64,000 nucleotides of DNA from Candidatus Spongiisociaceae bacterium (GTDB lineage: Bacteria > Actinomycetota > Acidimicrobiia > Spongiisociales > Spongiisociaceae). The stretch's first letter is position 1. Each line of letters opens with the position of its first letter. Positions 1 through 9,887 of this stretch are shown one piece after another. The stretch is taken from the NCBI GenBank assembly GCA_965213975.1, contig OZ243930.1, positions 2,360,880 to 2,424,879 on the forward strand, given 5' to 3'. Under the pieces are notes generated by a model. That model saw only the letters and a list, made by a program, of their open reading frames with translations. It was not told the DNA's origin and did no database searches. A program made the position numbers and the translations under genes.

Positions 1-446
1 CGTGGCCCTGGATGACCACGGCCGGTCTGCTTCCCCCCAGGGCCACCGCCAAGGTCTTCGAGAGGTGGTACGAGACACTTGATATCAGGGGTAAGGGAGG
101 CGCCACCCAGATCGTCGACACCCTGTCCGGAGGAAACCAGCAGAAGGTCGTCCTGGGCCGCTGGCTGGAGCGCGAGTCGAGATTGCTGGTACTGGCCGAG
201 CCGACCCGCGGGGTGGACGTGGGCGCCCGAGCGCAGATATATAACGTGCTGCGAAGGTTTGCCGACGAGGGAATAGCGGTGCTCATCGTCACTTCGGACA
301 TCGAGGAAGTGGTCAGGATCTCCGACACCATCGTGGTCATGTCACGCGGCCGGGTGGTGGCCCGTCACCGGGCCAGCGAGGTGGACCGGGCCCAACTCAT
401 CCGCCAGGCCGCCGAGGATGCTGTAGAAGCTGCCGCGGCCGGGTAA
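1..446 (+). CDS. Sugar ABC transporter ATP-binding protein, C-terminal part (5' end outside window)
   Basis: LSGGNQQKVVLGRWL signature, EPTRGVDVGA, SDIEEVVRISD: second NBD of RbsA/MglA-type ATPases. Confidence 0.9.
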   Translation, partial: WPWMTTAGLLPPRATAKVFERWYETLDIRGKGGATQIVDTLSGGNQQKVVLGRWLERESRLLVLAEPTRGVDVGARAQIYNVLRRFADEGIAVLIVTSDIEEVVRISDTIVVMSRGRVVARHRASEVDRAQLIRQAAEDAVEAAAAG

Positions 447-578
447 CCAGAGCCTCTTCAGTTCTCCCGATTGGCCGAGCCATGACCCATGCGGCCTCAG
501 GTCAACATGGAAGATGGTCGTGTCGCCGAGCGTTCTGTAGAGCGTCGCTAGTACCCGCCGGTACGAGGTTCGGTCACA

Positions 579-1673
579 TCACTCTCTTAGAGAGCCTCGG
601 GCACCGATCTCCAAAACATCGGCGAGTACCAAACAGACCTCCACCACGTGGTCCCCTGGTTCGATACGGGCGTGCGGGAGGGTGATGACCATCCTCTGGT
701 CCCGGCGTATGTAGAAACCGGTGAGTGGGCTGAGCCTGTCGACAGGGGTGTTGGTGTGGCCCTCGCCGACCGACGGGTTAGCCAGGGTTGCGCCAGCCAG
801 ATCAACCGGAAGCCCATCGATGGCTAGCGAGCCGACCGCCGTGATGTACTTGGATTGCGGGTGCGGGTTGTACAACTCGAAGGTCGCCGACCCCTTGTCG
901 ATCCGGCCTGAGTCTTCCACGACCACCAGATCGCCCGCCTGCAACCGCTCCACGAGTTGTCGTAGCATCATCCAGCTGTCGGCCCTCTCGCCCTCCGAGA
1001 ACCCTTTGATGATCCGGGCAAGACGCTCGACGGCGTGGTCCGCCATGACCTTGCCCCACTCGCGGCTAGCGGTGAAACGAGGGTTGGCGGCGTAGATGCC
1101 GACATGTTCGGCCTCCGGATCGTCCTCAAGGGTGGTGAGGTCGACCGTGTGGGGATGGAACTCCATCAGGTAGGAGGTTTCCACTTTGGCACCGTGGTCG
1201 TGGATGTCGCCCTCCAGGTGGGCGTTGAGCTCGTTCCACACCGTGGTCAGTGCGTTCACGTTCGGGAACTCATCCATCAGCCGATCAGTCTCCTCCCGAA
1301 GCACATGCAGATGGTCGAGCGCCCCGTGTCCGGAGAAGACGATGATCGCCTTGAAGCCATCCGCGGCGAGTTGGCGCAGGATGGGCCGTACGACGGAGCG
1401 GAGAGTGGTGGTTTCGACGGTGATGCCGTGGGGTAGCGGCAGCACACCCGACGCTAGCCAGAGGGGTGGTAGTACCAGGCCGCCAGTGACAGCGGCTGCC
1501 CGGTGGCAGATGGAGTCGGCGGTCAGCATGTCCACGCCGAGTGGGAGGTGCGGCCCGTGATACTCGACGCACCCAACCGGAAGGAAAACTACTGGGGTCT
1601 CCTCCAACACCTGCCGCATCCGGGCCGGGCGCACGAACTCGTAGGCGGTGGGGTCAAGGGAAGGATCGGCCAC
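579..1673 (-). CDS. Creatininase/creatinine amidohydrolase family protein with ~120-aa C-terminal extension
   Basis: PVGCVEYHGPHLPLGVD, SGHG and DHGAKVETS motifs of the creatininase family. Confidence 0.85.
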   Translation of the reverse strand: MADPSLDPTAYEFVRPARMRQVLEETPVVFLPVGCVEYHGPHLPLGVDMLTADSICHRAAAVTGGLVLPPLWLASGVLPLPHGITVETTTLRSVVRPILRQLAADGFKAIIVFSGHGALDHLHVLREETDRLMDEFPNVNALTTVWNELNAHLEGDIHDHGAKVETSYLMEFHPHTVDLTTLEDDPEAEHVGIYAANPRFTASREWGKVMADHAVERLARIIKGFSEGERADSWMMLRQLVERLQAGDLVVVEDSGRIDKGSATFELYNPHPQSKYITAVGSLAIDGLPVDLAGATLANPSVGEGHTNTPVDRLSPLTGFYIRRDQRMVITLPHARIEPGDHVVEVCLVLADVLEIGARGSLRE

Positions 1674-1885
1674 AGGCGAATCTTAGATGGGAGTGCCCAT
1701 GCTGCACCTTAGATCGCGATTTCGGATACATTGCCAGCCACCACCCCTCCGGACGGTCGAGACCTGAACCGAGAGTCGCAGAGTCTTGTAGCGCGTACCC
1801 CAACTCGCGGAACCCTCCCGCAACATGACCCTAAGCGGACGACATCACCGCAACGCCTGCGCTTCCGTGCAGCCTCAGTAAGATA

Positions 1886-1897
1886 GGAAACGTTTCC
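1886..1897. promoter_or_regulatory. Putative LacI-family operator palindrome
   Basis: Perfect palindrome GGAAACGTTTCC with central CG, 26 bp upstream of the sugar-ABC operon start. Confidence 0.65.
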
Positions 1898-1923
1898 AGA
1901 AACTTTCGGAGAGAGGAGATCGA

Positions 1924-2961
1924 ATGTTCGGGATGTTGGGTAGCGGCAGACGCCTGTTCCGCGGGGTCTTGTCGATGGCCGTGCTGGGCTTGGTCGCCGC
2001 GGCGTGCGGTGATTCGTCTGAAACACCTGAAACGGTGGTGGTTACTTCCATCGTCACCGAGACCGTGGAGGTAGAGGTTACGATGCCGCCCGAAGAGGTG
2101 ACCATTGGGTACATCTCCCTCGGCGATTCGGTCCCTTTCGTGAAGCTGGTCTCAGACGGGATTAAGGAAGAAGCCGACCGATTGGGTGTCAACCTGATCT
2201 TCTGCGACTCTGAGATTGACGCTGCCAAGGCCCTCGCCTGCGCCCAGGACTTCAAGGTCCGGGAGGTGCAGGGAGTGCTCAACTTCCAGGTCTTTGAGGA
2301 GTCCTCCCCGGAGATTTGTGCCGCACACGGAGATGTGCCGGTCATCGCTATCGATATCATTCAGCCTCCGTGCCAGACCTCCTTCATGGGTGCCAACAAC
2401 CGCTTGGCTGGACAGCTGGGCGGCAGCGCCATCGGCAAACATATGAAGGACAACTTTGACTGTGACTACACCGCGTACGTGTCGCTTGAGTCGACCGCAG
2501 CCGGGGCCGCTAACCGTGACCGCATGGGTGGATACCGTGAGGGCTTCCAAGAGCACTGCCCGATCGTCAACGAGAGGGTGCTGGACGGCGCAGATCGCAC
2601 CGACCCGGCTCTGGAGCAGATGACCAACCTTCTGACCGCGGTTCCGGGTGACCGGATCGTCGTGGTGGCGATCAACGAGGACGGAATCCTCGGAGCGATC
2701 GGCGCGGCCAACACTCTGGGTCGTCAGGATGATCTCTACTACTCAGGCCAGGGAACCGATCCCAGCATTTGGTGCGAGATAGAGAACAACGACAACTACA
2801 TCGCGTCGGTGGCCTACTTCCCGGAGAGGTACGGCACGATTCTGGTTCCGGCGATCCTCAATGCGGTGGCAGGCAACGCCATAGCGGGTCAGCTGTTCAC
2901 CGATCACGAGGTCATAACCAAAGAAAACATCGGCGACGTGTACGACACGTCCGATTGCTAG
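1924..2961 (+). CDS. Sugar ABC transporter substrate-binding lipoprotein (Peripla_BP_4 type)
   Basis: Lipobox LVAAAC, RbsB-like fold motifs (INEDGILGA, ASVAYFPERYG), RBS GAGGAG upstream. Confidence 0.85.
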   Translation: MFGMLGSGRRLFRGVLSMAVLGLVAAACGDSSETPETVVVTSIVTETVEVEVTMPPEEVTIGYISLGDSVPFVKLVSDGIKEEADRLGVNLIFCDSEIDAAKALACAQDFKVREVQGVLNFQVFEESSPEICAAHGDVPVIAIDIIQPPCQTSFMGANNRLAGQLGGSAIGKHMKDNFDCDYTAYVSLESTAAGAANRDRMGGYREGFQEHCPIVNERVLDGADRTDPALEQMTNLLTAVPGDRIVVVAINEDGILGAIGAANTLGRQDDLYYSGQGTDPSIWCEIENNDNYIASVAYFPERYGTILVPAILNAVAGNAIAGQLFTDHEVITKENIGDVYDTSDC

Positions 2962-2991
2962 AGACGAGCTCGTTAGTTCTCTATAGCTGAG

Positions 2992-4485
2992 ATGGCGTTT
3001 TCCTTCGAAGCTCGCCAGATCAGGAAGTCGTTCGCTGGCGTCGAGGTCCTCCATGGAGTGGACCTCGACGCCACGGCCGGTTCCGTTTTGGCCCTTCTGG
3101 GGGAGAACGGTGCGGGGAAGTCGACCCTGGTCAAGATCATGGCCGGGGATTATCAGGCCGACTCTGGCGAGTTGGTCGTGGAAGGACGCACCTACCAGAC
3201 CCTCACCCCACGGCAGGCTCGCGCCTTGGGCGTGGCAATAATCTCCCAGGAGTTTCAGGATGCCCCCACCCTGAGCGTGGCGGAGAACATATCCCTAGGG
3301 CGGCTTCCCAGTCGGGCTGGGATGGTCAGGTGGGGGTCAGTCCGTAGGCGGGCCCGCGATATTTTGAGGGAGCTGGAGATCGATATCGATCCCGGTGCCC
3401 AGGTGGGTTCGTTGCGGATCGGGGAACGGCAGCTGGTGGAGATCGCGCGAGCGTTATCCAGCTCAGCCCGATTGCTGATACTTGACGAGCCGACGGCTGC
3501 CCTGTCGCACCATGAGGCGGAGGTGCTCTTTGGCTTCATCCGCAAGCTCCGTGCCCAGGGGGTAGCGATCGTCTATATAACCCACCGACTCGACGAGGTG
3601 GGTCTCATCGCTGACCAGGTGCAGGTTCTCAGAGACGGAGACACCGCTCTGGTCGGCGAAGTGGAACAGACCGACCGTCGAACCATGATCGAAGCCATGA
3701 TCGGGCGGAAGGGAGACACCTTCGGTCGCCCGCCTCCGACCACCCACGAACGCGGCAGCCGGCCGGCTATCAGCTGGAATGGTGCCGGATCGGCCAAGCA
3801 ATTCAAGGGCGTCTCCCTCGATGTCTACCCGGGGGAGGTGGTAGCTGTCTATGGCAAGCTCGGATCCGGGGCGATGGAGTTAGCCGAGACCGCCTTCGGA
3901 CTTAGATCTCTCGACTCGGGCCGGTTGGAGCTTAGGGGTAAGGCGGTCTCCTCAATCACACCGGTGGCGGCGGTCTCGCAGGGAATCGGGTTTCTCCCCG
4001 CCGAACGCAAAAGGGGTGGGGCACTCATGGTCCGATCCGTAGCCGAGAACACGGCCATCGCCTCATGGTCTCGCCTGGCCAGGTTCCGTCAATGGATAAC
4101 AGCCCGAATGGAGGCAGCCGCCTATCGTCGCTGGCATGATCGGTTATCGATCCGGTCAAGGAACGATCCTCGCCAGATCATGCGGACCCTTTCGGGCGGA
4201 AATCAGCAAAAGGTCATCTTGGCTCGTTGGCTGGAGCGGAGGTCCAAGGTCATGGTGCTGGTGGAGCCCACCAGGGGAGTGGATGTGGGTGCCCGCCAAG
4301 ATATCTATCAGGTTCTGCGAGAGCTGGCGGAATCGGGTATAGCGCTCCTGGTCGTGACATCCGATTATGAGGAGGCCGTCCAGGTGGCAGACCGGTGTCT
4401 TGTGATCGCCAAGGGTCGCCCCGTCACAGAGATGGAGGGAGATGACATCACAATGAGTCGGTTGCTGGAAGCCGCAGGAGGTTAA
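2992..4485 (+). CDS. Sugar ABC transporter ATP-binding protein
   Basis: GENGAGKST Walker A, LILDEPT, LSGGNQQK; two NBDs. Confidence 0.95.
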   Translation: MAFSFEARQIRKSFAGVEVLHGVDLDATAGSVLALLGENGAGKSTLVKIMAGDYQADSGELVVEGRTYQTLTPRQARALGVAIISQEFQDAPTLSVAENISLGRLPSRAGMVRWGSVRRRARDILRELEIDIDPGAQVGSLRIGERQLVEIARALSSSARLLILDEPTAALSHHEAEVLFGFIRKLRAQGVAIVYITHRLDEVGLIADQVQVLRDGDTALVGEVEQTDRRTMIEAMIGRKGDTFGRPPPTTHERGSRPAISWNGAGSAKQFKGVSLDVYPGEVVAVYGKLGSGAMELAETAFGLRSLDSGRLELRGKAVSSITPVAAVSQGIGFLPAERKRGGALMVRSVAENTAIASWSRLARFRQWITARMEAAAYRRWHDRLSIRSRNDPRQIMRTLSGGNQQKVILARWLERRSKVMVLVEPTRGVDVGARQDIYQVLRELAESGIALLVVTSDYEEAVQVADRCLVIAKGRPVTEMEGDDITMSRLLEAAGG

Positions 4486-4488
4486 TCA

Positions 4489-5547
4489 ATGAACCAATCG
4501 GTAACGGACTCTGACGCCCCGCCCCCCGGTAAGGAGGCTGCGGCTACTAAAGCCGACATGTTGGCCCTCGGTGGGTTGCGCAGCCGTATCAAGCTACCGG
4601 AGACCACCGCTCTCTTAGCCGTGCTTGCGGTTGAGTTTGTCTTCTTCTCAATCCAATCTGAGTACTTCTTCAACTACGCCAACCTCGTCAACGTGCTTCA
4701 GAATGTGGCGGTGATCGGGATCATTGCCGCCCCCGCCACCCTCCTTCTGGTCGCGGGACAGGTGGATCTTTCCGTCGGTTCGGCTGCCGGGTTCGTCGGC
4801 ATGTCGATGGCGGTTGCCGCCACCTCTACCGACGCCACCACCACCCCCTTCGGCTTGGGCCTCACGCTGGTAGGGGCTTTCCTGGTGGCATTGGCAGCCA
4901 CTCTCCTTATCGGAGGAATCAACGGCTCCTTGGTAACGGTGGTGGGGCTCAACTCCATCATCACTACTTTGGGAACGTTGGCCATACTTCGGGGCCTCAC
5001 CAAGGTCATCGGTGACGGCCAGACCATCCGCATCAACGGGTTCAACCAGCTGGGTGTGGTGAGACCACTCTTCGACATCCCATTATCCGTGTACCTGTTC
5101 GCCCTGGTGATCGGGCTCTTCTACGTGCTCATGCGCTTCACCGTCTATGGCCGTTCCATGTACGCCATAGGGGCTAGTCCGGAGGCGGCCAGACTGGCCG
5201 GAATCAGGGTGCGACTGCTGATCTTCATCGGGTTCATGCTCTCCGCCTTGGCGGTGGCGTTGGCCGGGCTCATCCGGCTTTCCCAAATCGGCGGTGCCTC
5301 CACCCAGGCCGGATCCGGCTTTGAGTTGGCAGTGCTTACTGCGGTCATCCTCGGCGGTGCAAGCCTGTCCGGAGGTCGAGGGACAATCGTGGGCACGGTG
5401 TTGGCCGTATTCGTCGTGGGGGTACTCCAAAACGGGCTGATCCAGCTCAACGTGGACTCCTTCTGGATCGAAGTAGCCCAGGGAGTGCTCCTGGTAGGCG
5501 CGGTTACCTTTGACCAGATCCGCCTCCGTATGGCAGGTCTGGACTAA
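4489..5547 (+). CDS. Sugar ABC transporter permease (RbsC family)
   Basis: VDLSVGS, GRSMYAIGASPEAARLAGI, AVILGGASLSGGRG. Confidence 0.95.
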   Translation: MNQSVTDSDAPPPGKEAAATKADMLALGGLRSRIKLPETTALLAVLAVEFVFFSIQSEYFFNYANLVNVLQNVAVIGIIAAPATLLLVAGQVDLSVGSAAGFVGMSMAVAATSTDATTTPFGLGLTLVGAFLVALAATLLIGGINGSLVTVVGLNSIITTLGTLAILRGLTKVIGDGQTIRINGFNQLGVVRPLFDIPLSVYLFALVIGLFYVLMRFTVYGRSMYAIGASPEAARLAGIRVRLLIFIGFMLSALAVALAGLIRLSQIGGASTQAGSGFELAVLTAVILGGASLSGGRGTIVGTVLAVFVVGVLQNGLIQLNVDSFWIEVAQGVLLVGAVTFDQIRLRMAGLD

Positions 5548-5565
5548 CTGCGGAGAGGCACATAC

Positions 5566-5802
5566 ATGCGTACCAAAGTGAAAATGCCGAACCTCGGAGA
5601 AACCGCAGAGGAGCTACTGGTCCTCGAATGGGCGGTTGCGGTAGGGGACGCGGTTACGGAGGGGGAGACCCTCATGACCGTCGAAACCGACAAGGTCGAG
5701 GCGGTGCTTCCTTCACCCGTATCGGGGACAGTGGTTGAACTGCTCGTCGAGGTTGATGATGAAGTGCCCGTAGGCACCCCGGTCTGCACCGTAGAGATCT
5801 AA
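5566..5802 (+). CDS. Stand-alone lipoyl-carrier domain protein
   Basis: 78 aa, MPNLGE...W.VAVGD.V.EGE.L..VETDKV: lipoyl-lysine motif ETDK rather than the biotin motif MKM. Confidence 0.9.
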   Translation: MRTKVKMPNLGETAEELLVLEWAVAVGDAVTEGETLMTVETDKVEAVLPSPVSGTVVELLVEVDDEVPVGTPVCTVEI

Positions 5803-5885
5803 GGAACCGGTCACAAGCAGGGCAGGCAAGCGGCGTCCGAAGCAACCCAAGTCCCTACTGGCAACCAGCCACCGGAAGCCGGATT

Positions 5886-7514
5886 ATGCTCCCAGAAGTG
5901 AGGAATAAGAGCCCAGAGGACAAGCTACCCCACTCGCCGCCAGAATTCCCGACCGTTACCCAGTCCGGCATACCACTCGAGTCGTGGTACGGACCAGAAG
6001 CGCTCGATGAGATAGAGCCCTCGACCGGCATCGGAGCGCCTGGCCAGTTCCCGTACACGAGAGGGATCCGGGAGGACATGTATCGCGAGGGGTTATGGGT
6101 CATGGGCCAGTACTCCGGCTACGCGACCCCCCGGGAGACGAACGCTCGGATCAAGTCGCTCTTAGCCCAGGGGCAGAAGGGCTTCTCTATAGCTCTCGAC
6201 CTGCCGACGCAGAATGGCCTCGATTCCGACGACCCGTTGGCTCAGGGCGAAGTCGGCAAAGTCGGGGTTCCGATCGACTCCTTGGCCGACATGGAAGAGT
6301 TGCTCGACGGGATACCGTTCCATCAACTCCGCCAGATTCGGACCACTGCGAACTCGATCGGCCCGATCGCGGCCGCGCTCATCATCGCGGCGTCGGAACG
6401 GTTGGGAGGCTCACCCGACGACTTCCGAGTTATGTTCCAAAACGACGTGCTGAAGGAGTACGTGGCCCGGGGAACGCAAATCTTCCCGCCCCGGCGTGGC
6501 CTGGAGTTCTCTGTCGACCTCATCGAATACTGCGCAAAACATCTCCCCCACTGGGAACCCATCGAGTTTTGTGGATATCACATTCGGGATTCGGGGGCTA
6601 ACGCCATCCAGGAGGTGGCTATTGCCTCTGCCAACGGCATCGAATACATCGAAGCGGCCCTTCGAAGAGGGCTCTCGGTGGACGACTTCGCCCCCAACCT
6701 CTTCATGTTCCTCTCTGCCGACCTCGATATCTTCGAAGAGGTGGCGAAGTATCGAGCGGCTCGCCGGATGTGGGCCCATCTCATGCGCGATCGTTACGGA
6801 GCTACGGACCCGAATAGCCACGCCCTCAACATCTTCGTGTACACGCTTGGCGGGTCTCTTACGGCCCAGGAGCACCTGAATAACCTTCCCCGGGTGGCGT
6901 TCGAGGCGCTCGCTGCGGTGTTGGGCGGTGTCCAGACCTTGGCCACATCCTCGTACGATGAGGCAGTCGGCCTGCCATCGGCGGAAGCCGCCCACCTGTC
7001 TCTCCGCGCCCAGCAGATCATCGCACTGGAGACTGGCGTCCCCCGTACCGCCGATCCTCTAGGCGGATCCTATTTCGTCGAATGGCTGACCGACCAACTT
7101 CACCGCAAGATCCTCGAATACATGAACCTGATCGCCGATCAGGGCGGAGCGCTGGCGGCTCTGGAGAATGGTTGGATAGGGGCCGAGATCGAACGGGAGG
7201 CGTATGCACTCCAACGCAGCATTGATGACGGTACCCGGCCGCGTATCGGGGTGAACCGCTTCGCTGATGGCGCACCTACACCCACCGCCGCCTTCTCGAT
7301 CGCAAACGAAGGCGAGGATGAGCAGGTTGAGAAACTGCAGAGACTCCGAGCCGACCGAAACCAAGTTGAAGTGGATGCCGCGCTCGCCGGGGTCAGGGAC
7401 GCGGTGGTTACTGGCCGCAACTCAATGCTGCCGATACTGCGAGCCGTCAAGTCGTACGCGACCGTGGGCGAAATCACCTCCGTCCTGCGCGACGAGTGGG
7501 GCACCTACCGATGA
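5886..7514 (+). CDS. AdoCbl-dependent acyl-CoA mutase family large (substrate-binding) subunit, divergent
   Basis: PGQFPYTRG, QYSGY, DLPTQNGLDSD, QNDVLKEY, GYHIRD, SYDEA, DPLGGSYFVE; no DxHxxG B12-binding domain. Confidence 0.9.
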   Translation: MLPEVRNKSPEDKLPHSPPEFPTVTQSGIPLESWYGPEALDEIEPSTGIGAPGQFPYTRGIREDMYREGLWVMGQYSGYATPRETNARIKSLLAQGQKGFSIALDLPTQNGLDSDDPLAQGEVGKVGVPIDSLADMEELLDGIPFHQLRQIRTTANSIGPIAAALIIAASERLGGSPDDFRVMFQNDVLKEYVARGTQIFPPRRGLEFSVDLIEYCAKHLPHWEPIEFCGYHIRDSGANAIQEVAIASANGIEYIEAALRRGLSVDDFAPNLFMFLSADLDIFEEVAKYRAARRMWAHLMRDRYGATDPNSHALNIFVYTLGGSLTAQEHLNNLPRVAFEALAAVLGGVQTLATSSYDEAVGLPSAEAAHLSLRAQQIIALETGVPRTADPLGGSYFVEWLTDQLHRKILEYMNLIADQGGALAALENGWIGAEIEREAYALQRSIDDGTRPRIGVNRFADGAPTPTAAFSIANEGEDEQVEKLQRLRADRNQVEVDAALAGVRDAVVTGRNSMLPILRAVKSYATVGEITSVLRDEWGTYR

Positions 7515-9052
7515 CGGCTACGGTGGCTGATCTCGGTGCCTTACTGGACCGGTCATTTCGTCAGCACGCCTCGCGAATCGCCGTAGAAGACGGAGATCGA
7601 ACGGAAACGTTTTCTCAGCTAGCCGACCGGTCTGACCGTCTTGCGTCGGCTCTTCTCGACCTGAATCCCACCGGTAGCCCGGTCGCCATCCTCGCTTCCA
7701 ATCGCCTGGAGTACATCGAAGCCGACATTGCCCTAGTGAAGGCGGGCCATCCCAAAGTCCCCATCAACATGCGCTTGAGCCAGGCCGAACGCCTGCATGT
7801 GGTGAGCGATTCCGGGGCCGCGGTGCTGATCACCGAAGCCGAATCGACCGATTCTGCTCTGAGCTTGGTAGACGAGGCGGAAGCACTCAATACCGTTGTG
7901 TCCGTTGGCGGCGGTGGAACCCACGACTACGAAGACGTTCTCGGTGCTGCTCATCGTCCCCCCACCCGCCCGTGGCGACCGGATGACCCGAGCGTGATCC
8001 TCTATACCTCTGGCACGACCGGCCGTCCAAAGGGCGCAACAGCCACCTTCCGAAGTCGGATGGCTGCCACTTGGAACATGTTGCTCGATGAGTTGATCGA
8101 TGTCGCGCCGGGGGACGGCATGCTGCACGCCGGGTCGCTGTCGCACGGAAGCGGCTCCAAGGTGATCGCGTACGCCCTCAGCGGAGCGCGCAACATCGTG
8201 GTTCCCTCCTTCGATCCCGGCCGCTTCCTGGATGAAGCTCGGCGGCGGCGGGCGACCGCCTCGTTCGTCGTGCCCACAATGATCACGATGCTCACCGAGG
8301 AAGCCGAGGCCAGCGAAAGGTCGACGCTCAACCTGCGACATGTCTCGTACGGAGGTGCCCCGATCGCTCCGAGCGCAATCAGGCGAGCCGTTGACGTCTT
8401 CGGCCCAGTGTTCGCGCAGGTCTACGGGACGGCGGAGGCTCCGCATCCGCTAACCGTGCTCCCCCGTTCCGATCACGTCGACGCGTCCGATCGGCGTCTC
8501 GCCTCAGCAGGCCAGCCAGCGCGATCGGTTGAACTCAGGATCGTCTCTACGGGCGGCCCCGACCCGGGGGTGGGCGAGATCCAGGCTCGCGCAGAGAGCG
8601 TAATGATCGGATACTGGAAGGACGTACGGTCGACCCGTGAAGCATTCGCCGATGGGTTCTACCGCACCGGAGACATCGGGCACATTGACGATGAGGGGTA
8701 CCTGACAATCGTCGACCGGCAGAAGGACATGGTTATCAGCGGCGGGTTCAACGTATACCCGGCGGAAGTCGAGGCGGCGATCGCCAACCACACCAGCGTC
8801 CTCGAATCAGCCGTGATCGGCGTGCCCGACGAGCGGTGGGGGGAGCGAGTCGCTGCCTATGTGGTTGCGAAGCCCGGACACACCGTAAGGCCTGAGGAGG
8901 TAACTGCAGAGGTGGCGGGCAGGTTGGCCGGTTACAAGAAGCCACGAGACGTTTGGATCGTGCAGGAGCTGCCGAAGGGCTCTACCGGCAAGATTCTCAA
9001 GTCGGCGCTCAGAAGACGACACTGGGATCAACAATCCCGCCAGGTGAACTGA
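7511..9052 (+). CDS. AMP-forming acyl-CoA ligase family protein
   Basis: YTSGTTGRPKG, YGTAE, YRTGDIG, RQKDMVISGG, PKGSTGKILK; ATGA overlap with the mutase stop. Confidence 0.92.
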   Translation: MTATVADLGALLDRSFRQHASRIAVEDGDRTETFSQLADRSDRLASALLDLNPTGSPVAILASNRLEYIEADIALVKAGHPKVPINMRLSQAERLHVVSDSGAAVLITEAESTDSALSLVDEAEALNTVVSVGGGGTHDYEDVLGAAHRPPTRPWRPDDPSVILYTSGTTGRPKGATATFRSRMAATWNMLLDELIDVAPGDGMLHAGSLSHGSGSKVIAYALSGARNIVVPSFDPGRFLDEARRRRATASFVVPTMITMLTEEAEASERSTLNLRHVSYGGAPIAPSAIRRAVDVFGPVFAQVYGTAEAPHPLTVLPRSDHVDASDRRLASAGQPARSVELRIVSTGGPDPGVGEIQARAESVMIGYWKDVRSTREAFADGFYRTGDIGHIDDEGYLTIVDRQKDMVISGGFNVYPAEVEAAIANHTSVLESAVIGVPDERWGERVAAYVVAKPGHTVRPEEVTAEVAGRLAGYKKPRDVWIVQELPKGSTGKILKSALRRRHWDQQSRQVN

Positions 9053-9083
9053 GGTCCCTTTGACGATCCAGGAGAAAATCTGA

Positions 9084-9836
9084 ATGCCGGGGCTGGCCGA
9101 TGCGAGTGGTGACCGGATCGACATCCACGGGTTCGACCTAGCCGAGGAGTTGATCGGCGGTACCAGCTTCGCGGCGATGCTCCACCTCCTCACGGTCGGA
9201 AAAAAGCCCGAGCCACCCGTCGAATCGATGATCGACGCCATGTTGGTGACCCTCGCCGAGCATGGCCTCACTCCGTCCGCCATCACCGCCCGTCTTACCT
9301 ATCACGGTGCGCCTGACAGCCTCCAGGGTGCGGTCGCCGCCGGTTTGCTGGGGGCTGGCCCGGCGCTGCTCGGAACGACAGAGCAGGCTGCTGAAATGCT
9401 GGCGCGGCTGGTACGCGACTCCACGCCTGAGACGCGAGAGCAACTCGTATCCGAAAGCGTGGACGCCTGGTTGAAGGAGGGGGTAGTGATCCCCGGCTTT
9501 GGTCACCCCATCCATCGAGACGGCGACCACCGAGTCGCAGCCCTCAGACGTGTCCAAGTCGATCAAGGTCTCCCGGAGGAGCACTTCCTCGCCGCCGTCT
9601 TGGTGGGCAACGTTCTGAGCGATGCCAAGGGCAGGACCATACCTATGAACGCCGCCGGAGCCATCGGCGCCATCGTGGCCGACATGGGACTGCCCCCGCG
9701 ATTCGCTAGGGGCCTCTCGATCGTCGCTCGCTCAGCGGGCCTCCTTGCCCACATCATTGAGGAAGCAGAGCATCCCCTCGCTCCCCGGATCTGGGAGGAC
9801 ACCCGTTCGATATCGTCTGGCGAGAGTACACCTTGA
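9084..9836 (+). CDS. Citryl-CoA lyase / short citrate-synthase family protein
   Basis: EHGLTPSAITARL, PGFGHPIH..GD.R, RSAGLLAHIIEE; 250 aa. Confidence 0.8.
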   Translation: MPGLADASGDRIDIHGFDLAEELIGGTSFAAMLHLLTVGKKPEPPVESMIDAMLVTLAEHGLTPSAITARLTYHGAPDSLQGAVAAGLLGAGPALLGTTEQAAEMLARLVRDSTPETREQLVSESVDAWLKEGVVIPGFGHPIHRDGDHRVAALRRVQVDQGLPEEHFLAAVLVGNVLSDAKGRTIPMNAAGAIGAIVADMGLPPRFARGLSIVARSAGLLAHIIEEAEHPLAPRIWEDTRSISSGESTP

Positions 9837-9887
9837 GTCGGCAAACCCGAGACCCCGACGCATGACGGCAATTGTCTCGAGAAGGGC

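Noticed and set aside
7603-7615. Second LacI-like site GGAAACGTTTTC
   Set aside because: Imperfect, lies inside the ligase CDS and is explainable by its codons
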